Below, one piece after another: positions 19,572 to 28,998 of a stretch of 64,000 bases of DNA. The DNA comes from a virus. The stretch lies in the IMG/VR virus record IMGVR_UViG_3300042508_000910; one strand, given 5' to 3'. The notes below the pieces were generated by a model, which did no database searches, was not told where the DNA came from, and saw only the letters and a list, made by a program, of their open reading frames with translations. Every line of letters begins with the position of its first letter. The first letter of the stretch is position 1. The position numbers were made by a program, and so were the translations under genes.

Positions 19572-20150
19572 TTACCAAAGATCATCTTCGTCATTTGAAA
19601 GCTCTGAATCTTCAGCATCTTCTACATCTTTAGATTTCTTATTCTCTAAGGCTTTAGATTTGGCATTTTTTAATTTTTTAATTTCTTCACTTCTTTCTGT
19701 TGAGAAGATATGACCTAATCCAAATTTAATATATTCTGCAACAAGTCTTGCTTCAGCGAAAGTAAATCCTATTAGGAAACTTACTGCTGGTTGAGTTGTT
19801 TGAGTCTTAGAATTCTTTATAACATTCAAGCTATAGCCTATCTGTTTATCTTCCCTTATATATGGCGAAAATTTAATTCCTAGTTTTTGATTCTCTGAAT
19901 TATGAAAGAAATCTGTGGTTCTATTATTTTCTAATGCATCTAGAATCCCACAGGCTTCTATTTTAGATAATTTTACTACTACCTTCTTTTCTGGATTTTG
20001 AGCATTCTCTGAGAAACTTCCGATCTTCTTTTGATCGTTCCATGATGCTTGTTTAATTAAATTTAAATAAAAATTACCATCTAAATTATTAAATGAAAAG
20101 CTGCAAGCTGTACCTGTATTTCTAGGTGTGGGTTTATAAATTTGTATCAT
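19572..20150 (-). CDS. Putative ssDNA-binding protein (Whirly/PC4-like) with acidic tail
   Basis: Two repeated beta-beta-beta-alpha units (QIYK..., DFFH...), acidic C-terminus EDDLW, adjacent to dnaE. Confidence 0.5.
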   Translation of the reverse strand: MIQIYKPTPRNTGTACSFSFNNLDGNFYLNLIKQASWNDQKKIGSFSENAQNPEKKVVVKLSKIEACGILDALENNRTTDFFHNSENQKLGIKFSPYIREDKQIGYSLNVIKNSKTQTTQPAVSFLIGFTFAEARLVAEYIKFGLGHIFSTERSEEIKKLKNAKSKALENKKSKDVEDAEDSELSNDEDDLW

Positions 20151-20157
20151 ATATTAT

Positions 20158-20186
20158 ATATTATCACCATTAAGTAGATAAATCAA
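20158..20186 (-). promoter_or_regulatory. sigma70-type promoter TTGATT-N17-TAATAT with extended TG
   Basis: 7 nt before ATG at 20150. Confidence 0.45.
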
Positions 20187-20187
20187 G

Positions 20188-22728
20188 TTATTTTTCTTTA
20201 ATTTCTCCAAGTTTCATAAATATCTTATGATCTTGAATAGCTATTAAGTCTGCAAAAACTGAATCTTCACTCTTTTTCCTTCCTCGAACAATTACTATAT
20301 TATTTTCGTCTGGTAATACATTATTCATTTCTTTACATTCTTCAATCTTATCGTTAAATATGAGAGCATTAATACTAGATGTTTCATCTTGAATATTAAG
20401 TCTTAGATATCTTGTCTTTTTACTGTTATTTGCCACGCCTAAATATTGGTCTTTAATAACCCCGATAAATAAAACTGGCAATCCTTCTGGAGCCTCATTA
20501 ACTTCTCTAATATTAAGAAGATCTGGCTTTTGATCAGAAAAAATATCTTTTAATGTTGTATTATATGTATAACCTAATAGTTTATTTTCATAATACCAAT
20601 TTGCAAATCTTTCGTTTTTACTATTCTGCTCGTAAATCTTCTTATATGGTGTGTACGCTTTCCTAATTGTCTCTAGTCTAGAGTCTTTAATTATGTTCTT
20701 GCCTTTCTCGTCTTTAGTAGAATTAAGAAATTTAATTATCTTAAATAGATCGTAATCAAATTTCTCTCCATACATCATTGCATATTTTTGTTCATTTTGA
20801 TTAAGTATATTCCAAAGTTGAGCTTCTAAAACCACTTTACTTCTTGATTGTTTAAAGTTTTCTAAAGCTCCAGCTTGTATTAGCGGGGACAATACTCTAA
20901 TAGATAGTTTAGCTTGTTGGGCAGATTTGAATACATCAAATTTTGTAGCATACTTATTCCTAAAATTATTAAGTCTTTCAATTGATTTATCTGATATACC
21001 CTTAATTGATAAAAGGCCGAATCTAATATCTTTATCTTCCACGCTAAAATCCATTTCAGACTTTACTATATGCGGTGGTAATAATTTAATATTAAATAGA
21101 TCCATCTCTTTATGAATTTTAGATATTTCTGCAATAGGATCTGGTTCGAACCTAGTCATCTTTAGCAAAGATAAAAAGAATTCTTTGGGGTATTTAAATT
21201 TTAAATAGATTGTAATTGCTGCCAAAGCTGCATAACTTTGACTATGACTTGCATTAAAAGAATAGTTTGCAGAATCTTCTAAGATCTTCCAAAGAACTTC
21301 TCCAACTTCTTTTGGTAGATTATTTTTTGTACATTTCTTTTCAATCTTTTCTTTCCAAGCTTTAATTTCTTCTACCTTTTTCTTTCCTACAATTCTTCTT
21401 AGAATTTCTGCCTCGTCTAATGTAAATCCTATCTTATGTGCCATTTGCATAAGCTGTTCTTGATAAAGAGCTACGCCCCCAGTTCTCTTTAGAATATCAT
21501 CAAAAAATGGATGAATCGATTGAAAGTCTCCAGTTTCTACATATTTAGCGTATTGATCTACGAATTGCAAAGCTCCAGGTCTAGCAAGAGCTAATACTCC
21601 ACTCAATTCTTCTGAGTTTCTAGGCTTAACTTTTTTACAAACTTTAAAATTAGTATCTGCTTCAATTTGAAAAAGACCATGTGGACTTTTAAGGTCTTGC
21701 AATTGTTGGTAAATAAAATTATCTTCTATATCAATATCTTCAATATTTTTATTGATCATGCTACATACATCATAGACTACGGATACGCTTCTTAAACCTA
21801 ATAAGTCTAGCTTAACATTAAATTGACTAATATCATTCATATCAAATGCGCTTACAGGCTCTTTGTCAGATGATAACTCTAATGGACAAGCATCGGAAAG
21901 TGGACTATGAGAAATTTGGACTCCAGATGGATGTACGCCTTTATTTTTAATAAGATTGCGAAGCTTTAGAGCTATATTATATATCTCTGAATTTTCATCA
22001 CACCATTCTTTAAACTTTTCTACCTCTGTATAAGCGTCAGCAATATCTTTAACTTGACCGAAAACCTTTGGAATTAAAGAGCTTACTCCAGTCATTTCAG
22101 TCTCACTTTTTTCATCAACAATCTTACCGCACTCTTTAATTAATAGCTTTCCACTCAAAGTATTAAATGTAAGAATCTTGCTTATTCTATTAGGGAATAT
22201 TTCATTAAGGAAATCTATAACTTTATGTCTATTATAATAACAAATATCCAAATCTACGTCACACATTAAACTGCCGTCTAGATACGTTATTCCATCAACA
22301 ACCTGCTTTTTAGCTCGAATCTTAGATATAAATCTTTCAAAATAAAGGTTATGTTTAATTGGGTCAATCTTTGTCACCCCAATAAGATATAAAATAAGAC
22401 TTCCTGCTGCACTTCCTCGACCTAGACCAGTTGGTATTTTATTCTCTTTGCAATAATCAATAACAAGCCAAACTAAAATAATATAATCAATAAAGCCTAA
22501 ATCTTCTATAATCTCAAATTCATGATCGAGTCTCTTTTTGTATTCTTTGCTTTGTGGTAAATTTGAATAAGCAAGCTTTTTTAAGAATTCTGTATTTGAT
22601 GCATCTTCTGATAAACCTAGATTTCTTTTATGATCTACCTTTACTTTAAATTCTGGTAGTCTTACTCCATACAAAGGCAAATCAATCTTATCGAATGAAT
22701 TAACAAAATCAGAACTCTTCGTCATCAT
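20188..22728 (-). CDS. dnaE: DNA polymerase III alpha catalytic core (no PHP domain)
   Basis: GLGRGSAAGSL, FERF, CDVDLD, GVHPSG, KLDLLGL, YQEQLM, YSFNASH, IRFGLLSIKG, C-terminal OB fold. Confidence 0.95.
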   Translation of the reverse strand: MMTKSSDFVNSFDKIDLPLYGVRLPEFKVKVDHKRNLGLSEDASNTEFLKKLAYSNLPQSKEYKKRLDHEFEIIEDLGFIDYIILVWLVIDYCKENKIPTGLGRGSAAGSLILYLIGVTKIDPIKHNLYFERFISKIRAKKQVVDGITYLDGSLMCDVDLDICYYNRHKVIDFLNEIFPNRISKILTFNTLSGKLLIKECGKIVDEKSETEMTGVSSLIPKVFGQVKDIADAYTEVEKFKEWCDENSEIYNIALKLRNLIKNKGVHPSGVQISHSPLSDACPLELSSDKEPVSAFDMNDISQFNVKLDLLGLRSVSVVYDVCSMINKNIEDIDIEDNFIYQQLQDLKSPHGLFQIEADTNFKVCKKVKPRNSEELSGVLALARPGALQFVDQYAKYVETGDFQSIHPFFDDILKRTGGVALYQEQLMQMAHKIGFTLDEAEILRRIVGKKKVEEIKAWKEKIEKKCTKNNLPKEVGEVLWKILEDSANYSFNASHSQSYAALAAITIYLKFKYPKEFFLSLLKMTRFEPDPIAEISKIHKEMDLFNIKLLPPHIVKSEMDFSVEDKDIRFGLLSIKGISDKSIERLNNFRNKYATKFDVFKSAQQAKLSIRVLSPLIQAGALENFKQSRSKVVLEAQLWNILNQNEQKYAMMYGEKFDYDLFKIIKFLNSTKDEKGKNIIKDSRLETIRKAYTPYKKIYEQNSKNERFANWYYENKLLGYTYNTTLKDIFSDQKPDLLNIREVNEAPEGLPVLFIGVIKDQYLGVANNSKKTRYLRLNIQDETSSINALIFNDKIEECKEMNNVLPDENNIVIVRGRKKSEDSVFADLIAIQDHKIFMKLGEIKEK

Positions 22729-22957
22729 TTTTCTTCTTACGCTTTTTCCTAGATTTATTAATAGATTTATCTAAATTTTGTTGAAATTCGGTTAGGCCTT
22801 CTTTTAAGGCGGCGAAAGATTTTTCTTCGTTATTTAATGAATAGAATACATCTGCTTTACTATTAGTCTTGCCGTGTTGTAAAGTTATTAAAAGATAATC
22901 AATATTCTCTTTTTCAAACTTATTCAATATATCGTATATAAAATCCATTGATGCCAT
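22709..22957 (-). CDS. Small hypothetical protein with basic tail (82 aa; start revised from 23029)
   Basis: ATG at 22957 lies 9 nt after a promoter -10; the longer ORF overlaps the upstream gene. Confidence 0.6.
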   Translation of the reverse strand: MASMDFIYDILNKFEKENIDYLLITLQHGKTNSKADVFYSLNNEEKSFAALKEGLTEFQQNLDKSINKSRKKRKKKNDDEEF

Positions 22958-22966
22958 AATAAAAGT

Positions 22967-22995
22967 ATTATATGTGTTTATTGTTCTAAATGCAA
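22967..22995 (-). promoter_or_regulatory. sigma70-type promoter TTGCAT-N17-TATAAT
   Basis: Would drive the 82-aa gene and the dnaE core. Confidence 0.65.
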
Positions 22996-23637
22996 TCAAA
23001 TATTTACCATGTATTTGATTTTGTTCCAAACCTTAAAATTTAACTCCAAATCTGAGAGTGCGTTATGTAGTGAATCATAATCGTGTTGTATATCTAAATC
23101 TTTTCCAGCTGCAGTTAAATTTGTTCTCACATTTTTGACTTTAGTATGATAAAGTTTGTACATATATTCTGGCAGACTTTCTTTTTTAGAATCGAATGAG
23201 TTTGAGGTTTTAATACCTTTATATAGAAGATTTGTATCAATAGATTTTTTAATAAAATCAAAAGGCTTTAAACCCATAAATTTATAATATTCACTTAACA
23301 TATAAAGATCAAATCCTAAGATATTATGCCCAACAATATAATCCGCTTTTTCTAACCAATCTTGCATTGTTGGAAAAAATGCTTCTGGTGATATACCATG
23401 TTTTTCGATATTCTTTGGATCATATCTTGTTATTCTTGCCGCATCTTTACTTACTTTAAGATGAGTATTCCATTTTAAATAGACATCTTTAGAATCAATA
23501 ATTCTATCTCCTTGACATTTAAGCATAGCTATTTGCCAAGGTCTATTATGACAATAATTTAAACATAAATTAAATGTCTCACAATCTATAAAAACTAATG
23601 TTTTATTCTTATCGAATCTTAGTAGATGTTCATCCAT
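22996..23637 (-). CDS. DEDDh 3'-5' exonuclease (DnaQ/epsilon-like)
   Basis: FIDCET, VGHNILGFD, LHNALSD (ExoI/II/III motifs). Confidence 0.9.
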   Translation of the reverse strand: MDEHLLRFDKNKTLVFIDCETFNLCLNYCHNRPWQIAMLKCQGDRIIDSKDVYLKWNTHLKVSKDAARITRYDPKNIEKHGISPEAFFPTMQDWLEKADYIVGHNILGFDLYMLSEYYKFMGLKPFDFIKKSIDTNLLYKGIKTSNSFDSKKESLPEYMYKLYHTKVKNVRTNLTAAGKDLDIQHDYDSLHNALSDLELNFKVWNKIKYMVNI

Positions 23638-24181
23638 TGTTATATCCTATATCTTTGAATGGGTCTTCAATTTCTAAATCTTTTTTATATTTTTCATATA
23701 ATTCGTATGGCATCTCTTTATCTCTAATATTATAGTGCCATTCTAAATGTTCAACCTTATTTTGAAAGATCCATTCACCATTATTCTCTGTTAAGTTGTA
23801 TAAATGAAACTTTCTAATGCAATCTGAAAAAGCCACAATATATACTGGGCATCTAAGTAGCTCTGCAATATCAACGCTAATAGCTCTTTGTTTATCCCTT
23901 ATACAATATCTATAAATAATAGAATCAAAATAATTTTGTGAAGGAGTCCATATGTAATTATCTATCCTTGTTAACTCTAATACTGCAACAGGGATATTTT
24001 TATGATTCTTTATTTTAAGACATATTAAATCTTGATCTATTGCATAAAGTCCATTTTGTTCGTATAAAAATTTTCTATAATCAATAGTTCTATCTTCATT
24101 ATCTGCTCTTTGACGGACTTTTGATCCGTATTCATTAACTATTTTTTCTATTGTTTTCATTTTTTGTTTTGTTCTAGCCAA
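23630..24181 (-). CDS. Hypothetical protein, PD-(D/E)XK-like fold
   Basis: AIDQDLI...PVAVLELT...QR...AELLRCPVYIVAF pattern. Confidence 0.45.
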   Translation of the reverse strand: MARTKQKMKTIEKIVNEYGSKVRQRADNEDRTIDYRKFLYEQNGLYAIDQDLICLKIKNHKNIPVAVLELTRIDNYIWTPSQNYFDSIIYRYCIRDKQRAISVDIAELLRCPVYIVAFSDCIRKFHLYNLTENNGEWIFQNKVEHLEWHYNIRDKEMPYELYEKYKKDLEIEDPFKDIGYNNG

Positions 24182-24918
24182 CTTTCAAGACAAAATTCAT
24201 CACTAGACATATGCTCTATCTCTGGCTTATTTAGGGTGGTTCTATTGTTAATACATCTGAACGTTAAAAAGCTTTTAAAATCTTTTTTATTCTTATAGTA
24301 AATACTCTTTGTTCGTAGAATATCAAGATTATTTAATTTAGCAAACTCTATCATTTTATCTTTAACCAAAGGATCAAATATAAGAGAATTATCTTCTATA
24401 AAAACTGTTGGCTTATAGTTCTCTATAAATGGAACACATTGATAACCTTTTAGAGTGTTATTGAAGATAAAATTATCATAAAATGGTATAGCAATTTTTA
24501 TATTTTCATTAAAACATTCTTTTAAAGAATTCATATCTAATCTTGGCGTATAATAAAAACCTTCTACGCTTGCTTTTGTCCATAACTTAATAAGAGTTTT
24601 ATATCCTTCGTTTCCATTAGCGAATATAATTAATTTGTGATGTTTCTTAAGCTCATCTTCATTTTTATTATTTATATTATCACAGAATATAAATTTAATG
24701 CCAAATATTAGATCAATATTATTTGCTTTCAAATTTTTGAAAGCCTGAAGAAAACCGCTAAAACAATCTTCTACAAGAAATACCTTTTTTAACTTACAAT
24801 CTCTTGCTATCTGTATTATAGAATCTGGTTCGTTTTCTTCAGAGGTCTCTTCTTCAAGAGTTAATATACTTTTTCCTATTGAAAAGTGACTCTTAAAAAG
24901 AGGTATTACGTTGTGCAT
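24157..24918 (-). CDS. Stand-alone PHP domain of DNA polymerase III alpha
   Basis: KSHFSIGKSIL, LIIFANGNEGYKTLIKL...GFYYTPRLD matches the DnaE N-terminus; metal ligands degenerate. Confidence 0.85.
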   Translation of the reverse strand: MHNVIPLFKSHFSIGKSILTLEEETSEENEPDSIIQIARDCKLKKVFLVEDCFSGFLQAFKNLKANNIDLIFGIKFIFCDNINNKNEDELKKHHKLIIFANGNEGYKTLIKLWTKASVEGFYYTPRLDMNSLKECFNENIKIAIPFYDNFIFNNTLKGYQCVPFIENYKPTVFIEDNSLIFDPLVKDKMIEFAKLNNLDILRTKSIYYKNKKDFKSFLTFRCINNRTTLNKPEIEHMSSDEFCLESWLEQNKK

Positions 24919-24924
24919 TTCTTA

Positions 24925-24953
24925 TTTATACTATATTCTATTTTATATGTCAA
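24925..24953 (-). promoter_or_regulatory. sigma70-type promoter TTGACA-N17-TATAAA
   Basis: 6 nt before ATG at 24918; -35 overlaps the TGA stop of the upstream gene. Confidence 0.65.
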
Positions 24954-25942
24954 GATAAATCATCAAAATCATCTTTAGCTTTCGGAGACATTTCTTCTAG
25001 TATATCTTCAGATGATTTATTAATTGAAACATTATTAAATCTTGGACATCCTGCATATTTTCTTTTTTCTATTTTAAATCCTTTAACATCTTTAAAATTG
25101 CCATCAAAATTAGATTCAATAATTTCATTCTTTTCGTTTAATTTAACATGATATTCAAAAGAGTCTTTATATGGACATTTCCAATTTCCAACTCCACACA
25201 TCCATTTGCTTTTTGGATTATCTAGAGCGAAATTAGATTCTGCGCTTTTTATATCAAAATTATTAACATGAGCATTAACGTATTCAAGATAATGTTCAAA
25301 TCCTTTGATTTGATTATCGTCAAATTGAAGCTCTTGAATTGGTTGTTTTGGAAATCTTAAGAAGAGGAACTTTACAACTGGCTTTAATTTGGGCCATAGC
25401 TTTTTACTTGCTAGACTATACATCATAGCTTGAATATTAGCTTCTAGATCATCCCCTCTAAATTTAGCTTTTGAGCTTTTGTAATCAACTATTACCATTT
25501 TATCTTTTGTTTTAATAGGCTTATCAATAAACCCCTTAACATGATATTTTGGGTTATCGCTCTTTATCTCAAAAGCATATTCTGGTGCAACAATTTTACC
25601 TTCTTCACCATAAAAATCATGCTTTAATCCTACGAGAATCATCTCATCCAATACTTCAAAATTTGATATATTTAATGGGGCTTGGTTCATTAACTTAATT
25701 ACTAGTCGTTCTATAGCCTTACTACCTTTAATAGAATTCTTTTTAATAATTGAATTAAAATGTTTTTTATGTTTCTTATTTAAAAGCAATTCAAATATCT
25801 TATGACATACTGTTCCTCTCAATGCTCCGTCATTTTGAGTCTGAGGGATTTTAGTATGATAGTTATTCCAATAAACCCAAGAACAAGTTTCTAGGGTTTT
25901 AATCCTTGAAGCTGATAATATTTTTAAAGATTTGTTTTCCAT
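24950..25942 (-). CDS. PD-(D/E)XK exonuclease, AddB/RecB/Cas4-like
   Basis: LSASRIKTLETC, GTVCH, KGFID, IVDYKSS, QAMMY; C-terminal Cys residues. Confidence 0.85.
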   Translation of the reverse strand: MENKSLKILSASRIKTLETCSWVYWNNYHTKIPQTQNDGALRGTVCHKIFELLLNKKHKKHFNSIIKKNSIKGSKAIERLVIKLMNQAPLNISNFEVLDEMILVGLKHDFYGEEGKIVAPEYAFEIKSDNPKYHVKGFIDKPIKTKDKMVIVDYKSSKAKFRGDDLEANIQAMMYSLASKKLWPKLKPVVKFLFLRFPKQPIQELQFDDNQIKGFEHYLEYVNAHVNNFDIKSAESNFALDNPKSKWMCGVGNWKCPYKDSFEYHVKLNEKNEIIESNFDGNFKDVKGFKIEKRKYAGCPRFNNVSINKSSEDILEEMSPKAKDDFDDLS

Positions 25943-26832
25943 TGTAAAATCTCTTCCTTTTTCATCTCTCCAAAATCTTTCTTTGTTGGTAATCTGATTT
26001 CAATATGATGTTTATCAAAATGTTTTAATAATTTATCTTTAGCTTTTTCTGCAGCCATATTTCCAGCGTTATTATTTTGACTATCATTATTAAAAGATAT
26101 GTAAATTTTATTTGGGTTTAATATTAGCAATGTATTGAGTATGCTTATGCTTAAATTTAATCCAAAAGTAACTATAGTATTCTTTACTCCAGCATCCCAT
26201 AAACTTAGCATATCTCCTATGCTTTCAATTAGAAAGATATCTTTTGAGTTGTTTAAAATATCATAGTTTACTTGAGTAGGATATATCCAGTTACTTTTAT
26301 CTCCCACTAGTTTCCATTTTGGACTCATTTTTTCATTTCGATTTAGAATATCTCTTCCTGCAACGCCTATTAATTGTCCATCTTTATTAAAAATTGGAAA
26401 TACATATCTACCTTTCATCCTACCTTCTGTTAAAATACCGCCTTCAAAAATATTAGTTGTTTCATCGCTAATGTTTCTTTTATGCCAAAATGAATTATCT
26501 TTTACAAGTTTAGATAGAATATCTTTTGGATAGCATTTTACTTGTTTTATCTCTGGCTTCTTATAAACTGTATAGGTATTTGTATTTGGTAATTTTTGGT
26601 TAATCCATTCTTTAGCTTCAGAATTATTTGGTAAATTTAAAGTCATTCTAACTAGATCTTGAAGGTTGCCAGTTATATTCTCTTTATAATCAACCCATTT
26701 GCCACTATCTTTATAGATAACTAGAACATTTTCATTATCTGAATCTCTATATAGGGGTTTTGTTCGATACTCTTTTGAGTATTCTTTTAAAGAGTAACCT
26801 AAATTAGATAAAATTTCTCTTATGTTTTCCAT
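25924..26832 (-). CDS. DnaG-type TOPRIM primase (divergent)
   Basis: RYVFPIFN...GVAGRD...PKWK, LIESIGD, KKDFGEM. Confidence 0.8.
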   Translation of the reverse strand: MENIREILSNLGYSLKEYSKEYRTKPLYRDSDNENVLVIYKDSGKWVDYKENITGNLQDLVRMTLNLPNNSEAKEWINQKLPNTNTYTVYKKPEIKQVKCYPKDILSKLVKDNSFWHKRNISDETTNIFEGGILTEGRMKGRYVFPIFNKDGQLIGVAGRDILNRNEKMSPKWKLVGDKSNWIYPTQVNYDILNNSKDIFLIESIGDMLSLWDAGVKNTIVTFGLNLSISILNTLLILNPNKIYISFNNDSQNNNAGNMAAEKAKDKLLKHFDKHHIEIRLPTKKDFGEMKKEEILQWKTNL

Positions 26833-27476
26833 TGTAAAGCTTCGCTAATAGTTGGAAATTCTTTAATAAAGATTTTCTTACATCTATCTGCAATAATTCT
26901 GTGTTCTTTTTGAGTATTCTGCTCAGTCCTTAAATCTAGATAATGTATCCAACTTCTAAGTGAGCCTTTCATATACATTGTAGTTTCTGTAGTTAACGGA
27001 AGTATCATTCTAGCCACTTCTTTTGCTACTCCATTCTCTATCATAGTCTCGTAGCAATGTTGTGATAGTGAAGCGGATTCTGCAATTAAATTACTTATAT
27101 TCTCATATGCTGGATGATTAACCGACATGAGATTTTCTCCTACTTGTCTATTTTTATCTCCTTGCATTCTTAATTCTATATCTTCAAATTGCGTTGCTAA
27201 ACTATATCTTTGACTAAACTCTTGAAATGAAAAAGAGCGATGTCTAAGTATTTGTGCGGCGATAGCTCTGCTAGTTTTAATCTCAACAGTCATATCCACC
27301 ATCTCAAATGGAGACCAATGCTTGTGTTTAATTAAAAATCCTAATAGTTTAGGCGCAGTTTCAGTATTTATTTGATTAGAAGGATTACTTACTCTTGCAC
27401 AATAAGCGACTAAATCTTCTGCGTTATCTATTCCATCTATGTATGGTTGAGTAATTGATATTAATTTAACATTCAT
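26820..27476 (-). CDS. thyX: Flavin-dependent thymidylate synthase
   Basis: HWSPFE, RHRSFSFQEFSQRY, EVARMILP, TQKEHR. Confidence 0.95.
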   Translation of the reverse strand: MNVKLISITQPYIDGIDNAEDLVAYCARVSNPSNQINTETAPKLLGFLIKHKHWSPFEMVDMTVEIKTSRAIAAQILRHRSFSFQEFSQRYSLATQFEDIELRMQGDKNRQVGENLMSVNHPAYENISNLIAESASLSQHCYETMIENGVAKEVARMILPLTTETTMYMKGSLRSWIHYLDLRTEQNTQKEHRIIADRCKKIFIKEFPTISEALQWKT

Positions 27477-28963
27477 AATAATTCTCCATCTTCATTTGAT
27501 CCTCCTTGATCAAACTCTAATCTTTCGTTTTCTGCATCAACTATTTCTCTTAAAGTTCCTCTTTCTTCTACATTAAAATTACCAACTTCAAAATTAATAT
27601 AGTTATTAAAATACTTAAATTCATTCTCTCCAGTTCTTCTACGAACTAGATCATGATGTCCTGTGCCTTCTCTTCCTTGGAAGCGCGTTTTAATTGCTAT
27701 TAATTTATGTGTTCCAAATTGTTCGCCATCTGTTTGAATTTCGTCTTGAGTTTTTCTTCTAAAGATACCTACAAAAGAAGCAAACCATTGCATACGATCT
27801 GATAGCGATATCGCAGAACTATCATCTGTTACTTGGCTTGCATTTCTATTAAAATTTTCTCCAGTTCTATTTAATTGCATTGCGGTTATAACTGGACATT
27901 TAATTTCTTCTGAGATTCTTTTTAGTTTATCAATCTTTTCTCCGATAGCTTGATGTTCTGCCCAATTTTGGCTAACCTTTTCACCAGTTAGTTTAATATA
28001 ATCATAAGCTATAAGCGCCTGATTGCCTCTGCCAACTTTAGTATAATACCATCTACGAATAATAGAAGCTACTTCATCAACATTCTTATTTGCCACATGA
28101 TAATGATAATGTGTCATCCCTTTGACTTTTGGCCATGCATCACGCACTTTTTGAATCATTTCTGGATTCTTTCTCCAATTTCCAGTTTCAATAAACCATA
28201 GTGGAACTCCAGATATACTAGCTACAAGTCTCATTTGAGTATCTAAAGTACTCATTTCTGTATCAAGAATTAGAGCCTTTGTATTTTTATTACAAGTATT
28301 AGCAGTTTTATAGCATATATCATTTAACCATGTACTCTTACCTTGGCCAGGTCTACTTACTATAGAATAAATATTCCCCTGTTTTAAGCCTCCATATAGA
28401 TTATTAAAATTGTTATATGGAGTTCTTAAGCCAGTCTCTTCTCTTGGATTATTACCTATCTCTTCGATAATATTCTCCATCTCTTCAAATAGATTAACTG
28501 GTTCTCCTTCTAGATAATACTGAGTGACTTTATTATTATAAATCTCGTCTACTTTAGATACTATTGCATCAATACCATCTTCTGCATTTTCTTTAACATA
28601 TTTCTTTACGTTCTCTGCGGTTTCAAAAAGTTCTCTTCTTACTTTTATCTTACTTAATTCCTTGCATGCATTTAAAGTTCCTTGAGGATTAATTTGAGTT
28701 AATGCAAGTGCGTCAATATAAGAAAATATATCAATTTCATCTTTGAAAGATATACCAAGATTTTTAATCTTTTGAGCTAAAAGAACTTTATCTATTTTAT
28801 TATTTTTATTAAGCTCGTCTTTTATACAAGAGAAAATAGTGCTATGAACATCATTAAAAAAGTCTTTTTCAGAAATAAATCTTGATACATCAAAAAATAC
28901 TTCTGGATTCCTAATTAATCCACCAAGAACATGACGTTCAACTTGAACTGAATATATGGGCAT
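27473..28963 (-). CDS. dnaB: Replicative DNA helicase
   Basis: SRPGQGKST, DTEM, YDYIKL, AMQLNR, KTRF. Confidence 0.92.
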   Translation of the reverse strand: MPIYSVQVERHVLGGLIRNPEVFFDVSRFISEKDFFNDVHSTIFSCIKDELNKNNKIDKVLLAQKIKNLGISFKDEIDIFSYIDALALTQINPQGTLNACKELSKIKVRRELFETAENVKKYVKENAEDGIDAIVSKVDEIYNNKVTQYYLEGEPVNLFEEMENIIEEIGNNPREETGLRTPYNNFNNLYGGLKQGNIYSIVSRPGQGKSTWLNDICYKTANTCNKNTKALILDTEMSTLDTQMRLVASISGVPLWFIETGNWRKNPEMIQKVRDAWPKVKGMTHYHYHVANKNVDEVASIIRRWYYTKVGRGNQALIAYDYIKLTGEKVSQNWAEHQAIGEKIDKLKRISEEIKCPVITAMQLNRTGENFNRNASQVTDDSSAISLSDRMQWFASFVGIFRRKTQDEIQTDGEQFGTHKLIAIKTRFQGREGTGHHDLVRRRTGENEFKYFNNYINFEVGNFNVEERGTLREIVDAENERLEFDQGGSNEDGELL

Positions 28964-28969
28964 ACAAGA

Positions 28970-28998
28970 ATTCTAGTATATATTTGACTTTTAGTCAA
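28970..28998 (-). promoter_or_regulatory. sigma70-type promoter TTGACT-N17-TAGAAT with overlapping TTGAC-N5-GTCAA palindrome
   Basis: 6 nt before the dnaB ATG; palindrome at 28984-28998. Confidence 0.7.

Noticed and set aside
20188-24918. Split intein in dnaE
   Set aside because: No intein N-terminal C/S block or C-terminal HN motif at the fragment ends
24950-25942. Cas4-like gene as evidence of CRISPR-Cas
   Set aside because: No array or other cas genes seen; replication/recombination context fits an AddB-like exonuclease
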